Source: Gemmatimonadota bacterium
GTDB lineage: Bacteria; Gemmatimonadota; Gemmatimonadetes; Gemmatimonadales; GWC2-71-9
DNA length: 64,000 nt
Assembly: GCA_040388535.1 (NCBI GenBank)
Contig: JAZKBR010000004.1
Location: forward strand, 463,699-527,698
Direction: 5' to 3'
Below, piece after piece: positions 27,906 through 36,735 of the stretch (positions are counted from its first letter, which is position 1; each line of letters begins with the position of its first letter). The translations under genes were made by a program, and so were the position numbers. A model generated the notes under the pieces. It was not told where the DNA came from. It did no database searches and saw nothing but the letters and a program-made list of their open reading frames with translations.

Positions 27906-28673
27906 TCAGACGGTCGAGCGACGGCGGCGAACCTTGCCGAGCACACCTGCAAGGCCAGTACCGAAGAGCAGCATCGTGCTCGGCTCGGGTACGACTTCCT
28001 CGGTGTTCGCCGGCGGATCGTAGGCGATATTGAACATCATGTCCTGATAGTCCTTGTCCGAACCGCCACCTGCACCAGTGTAGATGTCTTCGATGCCGGC
28101 AATCCAGTTGCTGCCGGCATTCCCGGGAGGGGCGAAGCCGAAGAGCGCGAACTGATTGTCGAGCCCGGAGTAGGCGTAGTTGCCGTTCGTCAGCAGGACG
28201 TAGAGCCCCCAATTCCCGCCGAACGTGATGGGCGACCCTGGCAGACCACCGTTGAGGGAAGTCCGCAGGCTCGTGGACGCGTCGTAGTAACCCCAATCGG
28301 TATTGGCGCCGGCGATGTCGCCTCCGGCGAGATTGCCACTCAACAGCGAGAAGGAGTAGCTGCCCGCGCCGAAGAGGAACGCCTGAAAACCACCGCCCGC
28401 ACCCTCGAGGTACGTCGTCGGCGTCGGGCCACCATATGGCAGCCAGTTTCCGGGGCGCTGATTGGCGCAGCTCTTACCCGACGTTCCCGCGAGGCCGGTG
28501 ACCACGTAGCCGGAGTTGCAGTAGGTGCCATCGGCGGAGACGTTATCCCAGAATTGCTGGCCGGCGCTGACGTTGTTGGGCGACCCGATGGCGGTCCACG
28601 ACTGGGCGGTCATTGGTGACGCCAGAACGGCCAAAGCCGCCAAGCCATAGAATGATTCCTTGATCGAGCGCAT
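27906..28673 (-). CDS. PEP-CTERM-anchored secreted protein (second, non-identical)
   Basis: Signal peptide (LAALAVLASPMTAQS). C-terminal VVPEPSTMLLFGTGLAGVLGKVRRRR. The GGSDKDYQDMMFNI segment resembles DUF4114-type modules. Confidence 0.75.
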   Translation of the reverse strand: MRSIKESFYGLAALAVLASPMTAQSWTAIGSPNNVSAGQQFWDNVSADGTYCNSGYVVTGLAGTSGKSCANQRPGNWLPYGGPTPTTYLEGAGGGFQAFLFGAGSYSFSLLSGNLAGGDIAGANTDWGYYDASTSLRTSLNGGLPGSPITFGGNWGLYVLLTNGNYAYSGLDNQFALFGFAPPGNAGSNWIAGIEDIYTGAGGGSDKDYQDMMFNIAYDPPANTEEVVPEPSTMLLFGTGLAGVLGKVRRRRSTV

Positions 28674-29074
28674 CAGGACTTCTCCGGGGGTCGGTTACTG
28701 CTGCAGGCCGTGAATTCGCATCGGGATCGGTGTCGTTGGGAGGAAGAGGAGGCAACTGACGTGCCGCGGTACTCGATCCTGGCGAGGACCGGGTTTTCCA
28801 GGCTAACACGTTGAGACTCAATGGTTTATGAATTGCACGATCGACGCGATAGCGGTCGGGTGTGGCGTAGTTGCCCGTTGCCGGTGCGCCACAGACTGTC
28901 GTTTTCCTCCTGCCCCTGTGGCATCCGTGGCACTACCGACGATTCACGAGATCTTCATAAAGTCTTCATCGAGCCGGGGCGATCATCATCCCACATCCTT
29001 TTGGGCGATTGCCGGGAACCGTACAATCCCGGATACTGCCGAGGATGATGGCTGTATGTCCCCCCGGAGGGAGC

Positions 29075-30625
29075 ATGTCGATTCTACCGCGTCGTGGTCA
29101 CGTCCTCGGATTGATCTTCCTCCTTGCCGGATGCAGTTCCTCCGACATCGTCTATCGCGATCGAGCGCCATTCAATGCCGCGCCCGACGTCGCCAGCGGC
29201 CTCCTCGGCTATTACACCACCAGCACCAAACAGACGACTTGCGGCAATTGCCACTCCGGTCACCAGAAAGACTGGTCGACGACGCATCACGCCAAGGCGT
29301 ACTCCACCCTCGTCGCGAGCGGCAAGGCCAGCGCGACCTGCTATACCTGTCACACGCTGACCGGGAACGGCAACGGACTGGTAGGTAATGTCGGCTGGAA
29401 CATGACCCCCGACCCAGGCTATCAGGACGTGCAGTGCGAAAGTTGCCATGGCCCGGGCACCGAGCACGTCAAGCTGCCCGAGAACAAGGCGACCTGGCCG
29501 CTGGCGCGACTCTCGCTCACCAAGGCGAGCGCCAGTTGCGCGGCATGTCACACCGGCATCCACACGCCGTTCGCGGAAGAGTGGGCCAGCAGTGGCCACG
29601 CGAAGCTTGAGGCCCCGCCGCTCGCGAACACCACGTCGAACTGCAAGAATTGCCACGAGGGTCGCACGGCCCTGAAGGCGTGGGGTGTTTCGACCAACTA
29701 TTCCGAACGCGATTCGGCGAGCGTCAACATCGCGACGACTTGCGCGGTATGCCACAATCCACATGGCTCGTCCAACGAGCACCAGCTGCGGTATCCGATC
29801 AATACGCCGGATCCCGACCAGAACCTCTGCATGAAGTGTCACCTCAATCGTGGATCGCCCACGGTGTCGTCGAGTTCCCCGCACGGGGCCGCAGGCTACG
29901 TACTCCTTGGCATCGCGGGATATCGTCCGGCGGGAGTCTCGGTGGACACGCAGGCGGTGCTGTCGACGCACTCGAGTGAGGCGAATCCCAAGTTGTGCGC
30001 GGGCTGTCATGTCGTCGCCTTTGATGTGACCGACCCGGCCAGCGGTGCCACCGTCTTCCATTCGACCGGTCACTCGTTCCGGCCGATCCCCTGTGTCGAC
30101 GGGACGGGCAAGCCGACCGGCCTCACGGACTGCGCCTACACTCCGGCCGCACGGACGTTCAAGTCCTGCACCGCGTCTGGCTGCCATGGTTCTGCAGCGG
30201 TTGCCTCGCAACTCCTGAATACCCTGCGCTCGAGCCTCGCGATCATGTCCGACCAGATCTGGCTCGACCTCAACGGCAACAAGACCGTGGATGCGGCACC
30301 GACGGATGGCGGCTACCTCGCGATCATCAAGCGTGATCGGCCGACCGAACTCTCGACGGTTACCGTGATCACGCCGGCCAAGGGTGCGCTGTTCAACGTC
30401 AGTCTCTTCGGCGAGAATCGGAACGGTCACGGCGACGGCTCGTTTGGAGTGCACAATCCCGTCCTTGCCAGGGCCCTGCTGGCGGCGAATATCACTGAAC
30501 TCCGTGCGGCGTATGCGCTCCCTGCCCCGCCTGCCGCGGTCAATGCGGCCGTCCAGAAGGCGATCGGCGACGCCAAGGTGCGCTTCCCCGCCGCGATGCA
30601 GCAGTCGCTCTCGATGCAGAAGTAG
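29075..30625 (+). CDS. Multihaem c-type cytochrome lipoprotein (8 CXXCH + 1 CX4CH)
   Basis: Lipobox LIFLLAGCSS. Haem motifs CGNCH, CYTCH, CESCH, CAACH, CKNCH, CAVCH, CMKCH and CAGCH, plus CTASGCH. Cytochrome c554-like spacing (CH-x6-W-x2-S/T-x-HA). No CXXCK motif. Confidence 0.85.
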   Translation: MSILPRRGHVLGLIFLLAGCSSSDIVYRDRAPFNAAPDVASGLLGYYTTSTKQTTCGNCHSGHQKDWSTTHHAKAYSTLVASGKASATCYTCHTLTGNGNGLVGNVGWNMTPDPGYQDVQCESCHGPGTEHVKLPENKATWPLARLSLTKASASCAACHTGIHTPFAEEWASSGHAKLEAPPLANTTSNCKNCHEGRTALKAWGVSTNYSERDSASVNIATTCAVCHNPHGSSNEHQLRYPINTPDPDQNLCMKCHLNRGSPTVSSSSPHGAAGYVLLGIAGYRPAGVSVDTQAVLSTHSSEANPKLCAGCHVVAFDVTDPASGATVFHSTGHSFRPIPCVDGTGKPTGLTDCAYTPAARTFKSCTASGCHGSAAVASQLLNTLRSSLAIMSDQIWLDLNGNKTVDAAPTDGGYLAIIKRDRPTELSTVTVITPAKGALFNVSLFGENRNGHGDGSFGVHNPVLARALLAANITELRAAYALPAPPAAVNAAVQKAIGDAKVRFPAAMQQSLSMQK

Positions 30626-30737
30626 TGCTGCCGGTTTGACGATCACGCCCGTCATTCTCGCCCTTCAGCACCCCCGGGACACCGTGACAGGTGTCCCGGG
30701 GGGCTCGGCGTTTCAGGTCCACGATTCGCTCGGTGGA

Positions 30738-32675
30738 ATGGCGGGGGCGCTGCGCGACACCCTGGTGCCACCGCCGCTACCTGAAGGCGTTGCGCGCTTC
30801 GTCCGGATGATCTTCGCCGTGCCGCGCTGGATCCAGATCGGCGGCGTGGTGCTTGGGGCAGTGGTTGCGATGGTATTGCTGACGCTGGCGTGGCGACATC
30901 GCACCGCAATCCTGCTGTGGATCCGGACCCGGAGTCGCCCGCTGCAGGTCACCTTTGCCGGCGGCGTCGCGGTCGTGTTGCTCGTCGCCGCATTTGCCGG
31001 CAAGACCAGTTGGGACTACATGCAGCACGACAACGGCTTCTGTACCGGCTGCCACGTGATGGAAAAGCCATTCGGCAAATTCCAGCAGACCGCCGGCAAG
31101 CATAGCGACCGGAAATGTCACGACTGCCACCAGCAGTCGATCTTTGCGAGCACGCGGCAACTGGTGCTCTGGGTGAGCAATCGTCCGACGGATATCGGCA
31201 AGCACGCGCCCGTGCCGAACTCCCGATGCGAAGGGTGCCACCAACTGATGCAGGGCAAGAAGGCCTGGGAGCACATCCGCAATCTGGCCGGTCACAAGGC
31301 CCACTTCGAGTCGGACTCGAGCGCGCTCAAGGATCTCCAGTGCGTGACCTGCCACGGCGCGGAGGTGCACCGCTTTCTCCCGTCGGCGCGGACCTGTCAG
31401 CAAAGTGGCTGCCATGTCAACCAGTCCATCAAGCTGGCTGGAATGAAGTCGCTCCCCGAGATCAACTGCGTGACCTGTCATGCATTTACCGCCGACCTGC
31501 CGGCGCTGGCCGATCGCGACTCCGCTCGCAAGGCGTTGGTACCGTCGGAGAAGCAGTGCCGCAGTTGTCACCAGATGGATGGCAAGCCGACGGGCTTCGT
31601 GCTGGCCAAGGATCCGCACAAGGGCAGCTGTGGGTCGTGTCACGACGTTCACGCCCACGCGCTCCCCATCGACGCGAAAGCGAGTTGCACGAAGTGCCAC
31701 ACCGATCTGGCGAGCAGTGCCTTCCACAACGGCAAGAACCATCAGCGCGTGAAGACGGAGTGCCTGACCTGTCACAATCCGCACGCTGCCTCGGTCGATG
31801 CCTCCGATTGTGTGGGTTGCCACACCTCGGTGCGAGCGCGCGGCAAGTTCCGGCCACCGTTGCCGTTCGACACCAATGCAGTGCTCAAGCGGCGAGTCGC
31901 GATGAACCCGACGCCGATGCCGTTGCACGCCACGGTAGAGAGCAGCAGTCAAGGAGAGGTCGACGTGCCCGAGCATCGCGGCAAGGGCGATGCGCTGCCG
32001 GAGGATCCTCCGCCCGGAAGTGGACCCCGGGCGGAGACATCCGCCCGCGCCACGCTTGACTCCTTTCCGCACGCCCGCCACACCTCGCTTCCCTGCCTCA
32101 CCTGCCATACCGTCAACCGCGCAAAGAACGGCCTTGTCTTCGAGGCGCCGCGGGGCTGTGACCTCTGTCACCATCAATCCGCCATGGCCGGCAAGGTGGC
32201 CGCGAGCGACTGTCTTCGCTGCCACGCCGCCGCGAAAATCGCGGTCGCGAAACCCACGACGGTGGCAGTGCGCGTCGGGACTCGCGCTCCGGTCCCGCGG
32301 CAGGTGCTCTTCCGGCACGAGATCCACCAGAAGCTTGACTGCGCCGCCTGCCACCAGGCACCGAACATCGTCCCGCCAGACAGCGTCCGGAGCTGCGTGG
32401 CCTGCCACGACCAGCACCACGCCGAGCAACGCGATTGCAGCTCGTGCCACAGTCGCGCCGAAAACCGGACGGCGCACACCCGGGCCACACACACGGGGTG
32501 TGACGCCTGCCACACGGCGACCCGCATCGCGATACTCACGCCATCACGCACCTTCTGTCTCACCTGCCATCAACCACAACGGAATCACCAGCCTGCGGCC
32601 GAGTGCTCGAGTTGTCATTTCCTTGAATCACCAGCCGACTATCGCAAGCACCTGATGCGGGGGAAGGCCGGGTGA
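30738..32675 (+). CDS. Membrane-anchored NapC/NirT-headed giant multihaem cytochrome (19 CXXCH + 1 CX4CH)
   Basis: Two N-terminal hydrophobic helices (IQIGGVVLGAVVAMVLLTLAW; VTFAGGVAVVLLVAAFAG). NapC/NirT-type head follows (FCTGCHVMEKPF...KCHDCH...CEGCH...CVTCH), then 15 more CXXCH. A Pro/Gly-rich linker (EDPPPGSGP) splits it into two modules. Start taken at MAGALRD. Confidence 0.85.
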   Translation: MAGALRDTLVPPPLPEGVARFVRMIFAVPRWIQIGGVVLGAVVAMVLLTLAWRHRTAILLWIRTRSRPLQVTFAGGVAVVLLVAAFAGKTSWDYMQHDNGFCTGCHVMEKPFGKFQQTAGKHSDRKCHDCHQQSIFASTRQLVLWVSNRPTDIGKHAPVPNSRCEGCHQLMQGKKAWEHIRNLAGHKAHFESDSSALKDLQCVTCHGAEVHRFLPSARTCQQSGCHVNQSIKLAGMKSLPEINCVTCHAFTADLPALADRDSARKALVPSEKQCRSCHQMDGKPTGFVLAKDPHKGSCGSCHDVHAHALPIDAKASCTKCHTDLASSAFHNGKNHQRVKTECLTCHNPHAASVDASDCVGCHTSVRARGKFRPPLPFDTNAVLKRRVAMNPTPMPLHATVESSSQGEVDVPEHRGKGDALPEDPPPGSGPRAETSARATLDSFPHARHTSLPCLTCHTVNRAKNGLVFEAPRGCDLCHHQSAMAGKVAASDCLRCHAAAKIAVAKPTTVAVRVGTRAPVPRQVLFRHEIHQKLDCAACHQAPNIVPPDSVRSCVACHDQHHAEQRDCSSCHSRAENRTAHTRATHTGCDACHTATRIAILTPSRTFCLTCHQPQRNHQPAAECSSCHFLESPADYRKHLMRGKAG

Positions 32676-34162
32676 AGCGTCCGGCCATTGCCGTGTGCTG
32701 CCTACTCATCGGGGCCTTGACGACGACACCCCTCGTCGCGCAGGGGTGGCGCCTCCGCTTCGACGCCTATGCCCAGCGGGTCTCGTTCCGGGGCGTCACG
32801 CCCGACAGCGTCACAGCGGGGGAAGTCATCCTCTCCGACAGTGCCGGGCCGGTGACGCGCGACGGGTTCGCGGCGACCTGCGGCTTCGACTCGTGGTGCC
32901 GCTTCTATCGACCGGGCGACATCCATACTGGCATTCCGGCGAGTGTCGGCGTCGACCTCGCGATGTGGGGGCTCGGCATTCCCGGTCTGAGTGTGCGAGT
33001 GAGTGGCCGCAGCATGGGCGATCTCAGCGGTGACCGGCTCTGGCCTGGTACTGCGCCGGCACTCCGCCTCGTCGAGGGCTACGCCGAATACCTGAGAGGC
33101 GGACTCACGGCGCGTGCGGGCCGGCTGTTGCAGCTCGGCCGTCTCGCTGCGACTGGCTCCAGCGGCCTCGACGGAATTCGCAGCACCATTCGCACCAGTA
33201 AAGACCGCCTCGAGTTCGGCGCCTACGCCGGGTGGGGGCTCGCTCGTGGTGCCATCCTGCCGGTCACCTCGCCCGCGGTCAACCCGCTGCTCGACTTCCA
33301 GCCCGGCAATCGCCAGATCGTTGTGGGCGTCACCACTGGCGTCCATCTGGCCAGTTTCGATGCCGAGGCCGAGTACCGGCGCGAACTCGATCCGGCGACC
33401 AACTACATCGTGGCCGAGCGCGCCGCGCTCAGCGCGCAGTACCGCCCGCTGTCGCGCGTCCGCATTGTGACCGGTGCCGACTATGACATCGCACAGGGGC
33501 GGCTGGGCTCGGCCGATGCCACCATCGGGTACAACGGCAAGCGGCTGTGGGCGACGCTCGGCGCCCGACACTATCGACCCTTCTTCGATCTCTGGACAGT
33601 CTGGGGAGTCTTCAGCGCGGTGCCATATGATGGCGCGACGGCGACCGTCGCTGTGACGCCGATTGCTCCGCTGCAGCTTCGGGGACGGGCGGAGTGGTTC
33701 AAGTACCACGATGCCGAGGCGAATACCCCGGCCGTGCCGCTGAAGGATCGCGGGTATCGCTGGGAGCTGGAAGCCACCCTCACGCCGTTGAAGGCGTGGA
33801 CCGTGGAAGTCGGTGGTCACGGTGAACTCCAGCCGGGCGCGTCCTCGAGCGGGATCGATGGGCGGGTGGCCTGGCGCGTGCGCGAGCGACTCGACCTTTC
33901 CGTCAATGGCGGATCACTGGAACGTCCCCTCGAACTGCGATTTCAGGACGCTGGCGTGACCTGGGCCGGTGCCGCGGCGGACTATCGGTTCACGGATCGC
34001 TGGCGCGCGGGGATTTCGGCCGATCAATACTGGGAATCGCGCGACCGTCCAGACGCGCTCTCGTTCGACTGGAATCAGTGGCGTCTCAGCGCGCGCCTCA
34101 GCGTGACATTGAAGTCGTCCGCCGATCGCTGGCAGCTTCCCCCCGCGAGCCGTACCCCGTGA
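32672..34162 (+). CDS. Haem-free secreted protein, putative outer-membrane beta-barrel (porin-like partner of the cytochromes)
   Basis: Signal peptide MKRPAIAVCCLLIGALTTTPLVAQG. No CXXCH motif. Long runs of alternating hydrophobic/polar residues rich in G, Y, R and D (e.g. AEYRRELDPATNYIVAERAALSAQYRPLSRVRIVTGADYDIAQGRLGSADATIGYNG). GTGA overlaps with both flanking cytochrome genes. The function is inferred, not recognised by motif. Confidence 0.5.
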   Translation: MKRPAIAVCCLLIGALTTTPLVAQGWRLRFDAYAQRVSFRGVTPDSVTAGEVILSDSAGPVTRDGFAATCGFDSWCRFYRPGDIHTGIPASVGVDLAMWGLGIPGLSVRVSGRSMGDLSGDRLWPGTAPALRLVEGYAEYLRGGLTARAGRLLQLGRLAATGSSGLDGIRSTIRTSKDRLEFGAYAGWGLARGAILPVTSPAVNPLLDFQPGNRQIVVGVTTGVHLASFDAEAEYRRELDPATNYIVAERAALSAQYRPLSRVRIVTGADYDIAQGRLGSADATIGYNGKRLWATLGARHYRPFFDLWTVWGVFSAVPYDGATATVAVTPIAPLQLRGRAEWFKYHDAEANTPAVPLKDRGYRWELEATLTPLKAWTVEVGGHGELQPGASSSGIDGRVAWRVRERLDLSVNGGSLERPLELRFQDAGVTWAGAAADYRFTDRWRAGISADQYWESRDRPDALSFDWNQWRLSARLSVTLKSSADRWQLPPASRTP

Positions 34163-35616
34163 TCCGTCGCCTCGGATTGTTGTTCGCGGCGGCAGTCACG
34201 CTGTTCACGACGCCGGGCGTCGCCCAGCAGCGTGCCGAGCGGTTCGATCATACCCGGCACGCCAGGCTCTTCGTGAGCTGCGCGCTCTGCCATGCCGGTA
34301 TCGATGCAGCAGACGCCGCCATCTTCCCGCCGTCAACAAGTTGCGTCAGCTGTCACAACGGCGCAGTCCAGCCCCGAGTCGAGTGGCAGCCGCGTAGCGT
34401 GCCGCGCGTATCGAATCTCCGCTTCGACCATCGAGCGCACTCAGCAGCGCGCCGGAACCGCGGCGATACCACCTCCACTTGTTCTGATTGTCACGCCCCG
34501 CCCGCGAGCGGGTGGATGCAGGTACGAGCCCCGGTCGCCCCGCAATGCGTGAGCTGTCACACCGCCGGTGGAGGCGATCATCTCACCCTGCCCGATACGG
34601 CGTGCGCGACCTGCCACCTGCCGCTGGCACAGGCTCGCGCCCTGACCCGCGAACGCATCAGCGCCTTCCCGGCTCCGCCCTCGCACCAGCTGGCCAACTT
34701 CGTCACGTCGTCGGGACATGGTGCGCTGGCGAAGCGCACCACGGGAGCAAACCGCGTGGCGCAGAGCTGTGCCACCTGCCACGCGCGCGACTTCTGTGCG
34801 TCGTGCCACGTGAATGCTTCGGAGCTTGGGGCCATCCAGGCGCTGCTGCCAGACCCGCGCTCACTGCTCGCCCCCCACGTGCTGAAGGCGCCGGCGTCGC
34901 ACGCCGCGACCGATTTCGAGACCCGTCACGGCAAGCTCGCAGGCACCAACGCGGCCACGTGTCGGAGCTGCCACACGCAGGAGAGCTGCGCGACCTGTCA
35001 CTCGGGGGCGATGCCCGCAGCAGCACGGGCACTCCTCGCTGCGGCGCCGGGCCGGGCTGCGGGAGCGCAGACCGTGGCCAGGATGCCCGCGAGTCACACA
35101 CCCACGTGGCGCAAGGCCGGACACGGGCCGGTCGCAGCCGCGTCGAACCGCAGTTGTAGCTCGTGCCATCAACGCCAGGAGTGCCTGACCTGTCACGTGC
35201 CCAACACCGCACGGCGCGGGGCGTTTCACCCGGCGGGCTACCTCACCAGGCATCCGGCGGATGGCTACTCGCGCGCCAGTTCCTGCGCCGATTGCCACAA
35301 TACGGGTGAGTTCTGCCAGAGCTGCCACAATCAGGCCGGCGTGACAGCCAAACGCACCTTGCTCGGCGCCTCAGGGTATCACGACAACAATCGGCAGTTC
35401 TTCCTCGGGCACGGCAAGGCAGCGCGCCAGGGGCTGGAGAGCTGTGTCTCCTGCCACGTCGAGCGCGACTGCCTCACCTGTCACTCGGTAGTAGGAGGGC
35501 GCGGCTTCAACCCGCACGGCCCCGGGTTCAATGCCGAACTGATGCTTCGCAAGAATCCGCAGCTCTGCACTGCGTGTCATGGCACGGCGATTCCGCGGCG
35601 ACGGGCCACGCCCTGA
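34159..35616 (+). CDS. Secreted 16-haem c-type cytochrome (cytochrome c3/c7-like paired-CXXCH arrays)
   Basis: Signal peptide VIRRLGLLFAAAVTLFTTPGVAQQ. 16 CXXCH motifs, five of them as CXXCH-x4/5-CXXCH pairs (e.g. CATCHARDFCASCH). GTG start overlaps the upstream stop. Confidence 0.85.
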   Translation: MIRRLGLLFAAAVTLFTTPGVAQQRAERFDHTRHARLFVSCALCHAGIDAADAAIFPPSTSCVSCHNGAVQPRVEWQPRSVPRVSNLRFDHRAHSAARRNRGDTTSTCSDCHAPPASGWMQVRAPVAPQCVSCHTAGGGDHLTLPDTACATCHLPLAQARALTRERISAFPAPPSHQLANFVTSSGHGALAKRTTGANRVAQSCATCHARDFCASCHVNASELGAIQALLPDPRSLLAPHVLKAPASHAATDFETRHGKLAGTNAATCRSCHTQESCATCHSGAMPAAARALLAAAPGRAAGAQTVARMPASHTPTWRKAGHGPVAAASNRSCSSCHQRQECLTCHVPNTARRGAFHPAGYLTRHPADGYSRASSCADCHNTGEFCQSCHNQAGVTAKRTLLGASGYHDNNRQFFLGHGKAARQGLESCVSCHVERDCLTCHSVVGGRGFNPHGPGFNAELMLRKNPQLCTACHGTAIPRRRATP

Positions 35617-35632
35617 TTGCCCGCGGGCGCCG

Positions 35633-36721
<1,089 letters not shown>

Positions 36722-36735
36722 CGAGATGCCCTTCC

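Noticed and set aside
28900-28960. Possible sigma-54 promoter (TGGCAT...GTGGCAC) upstream of the cytochrome operon
   Set aside because: The GG/GC elements do not have the required TGGCAC-N5-TTGC spacing, and no enhancer-binding protein gene is nearby.
29075-30625. Lipoprotein multihaem cytochrome as a pentahaem/octahaem nitrite reductase (NrfA/ONR-type) or hydroxylamine oxidoreductase
   Set aside because: There is no CXXCK active-site motif. There is no recognisable HAO-type cross-link context that I can see, and no NrfH-sized partner. A catalytic role cannot be fully excluded without profile searches.
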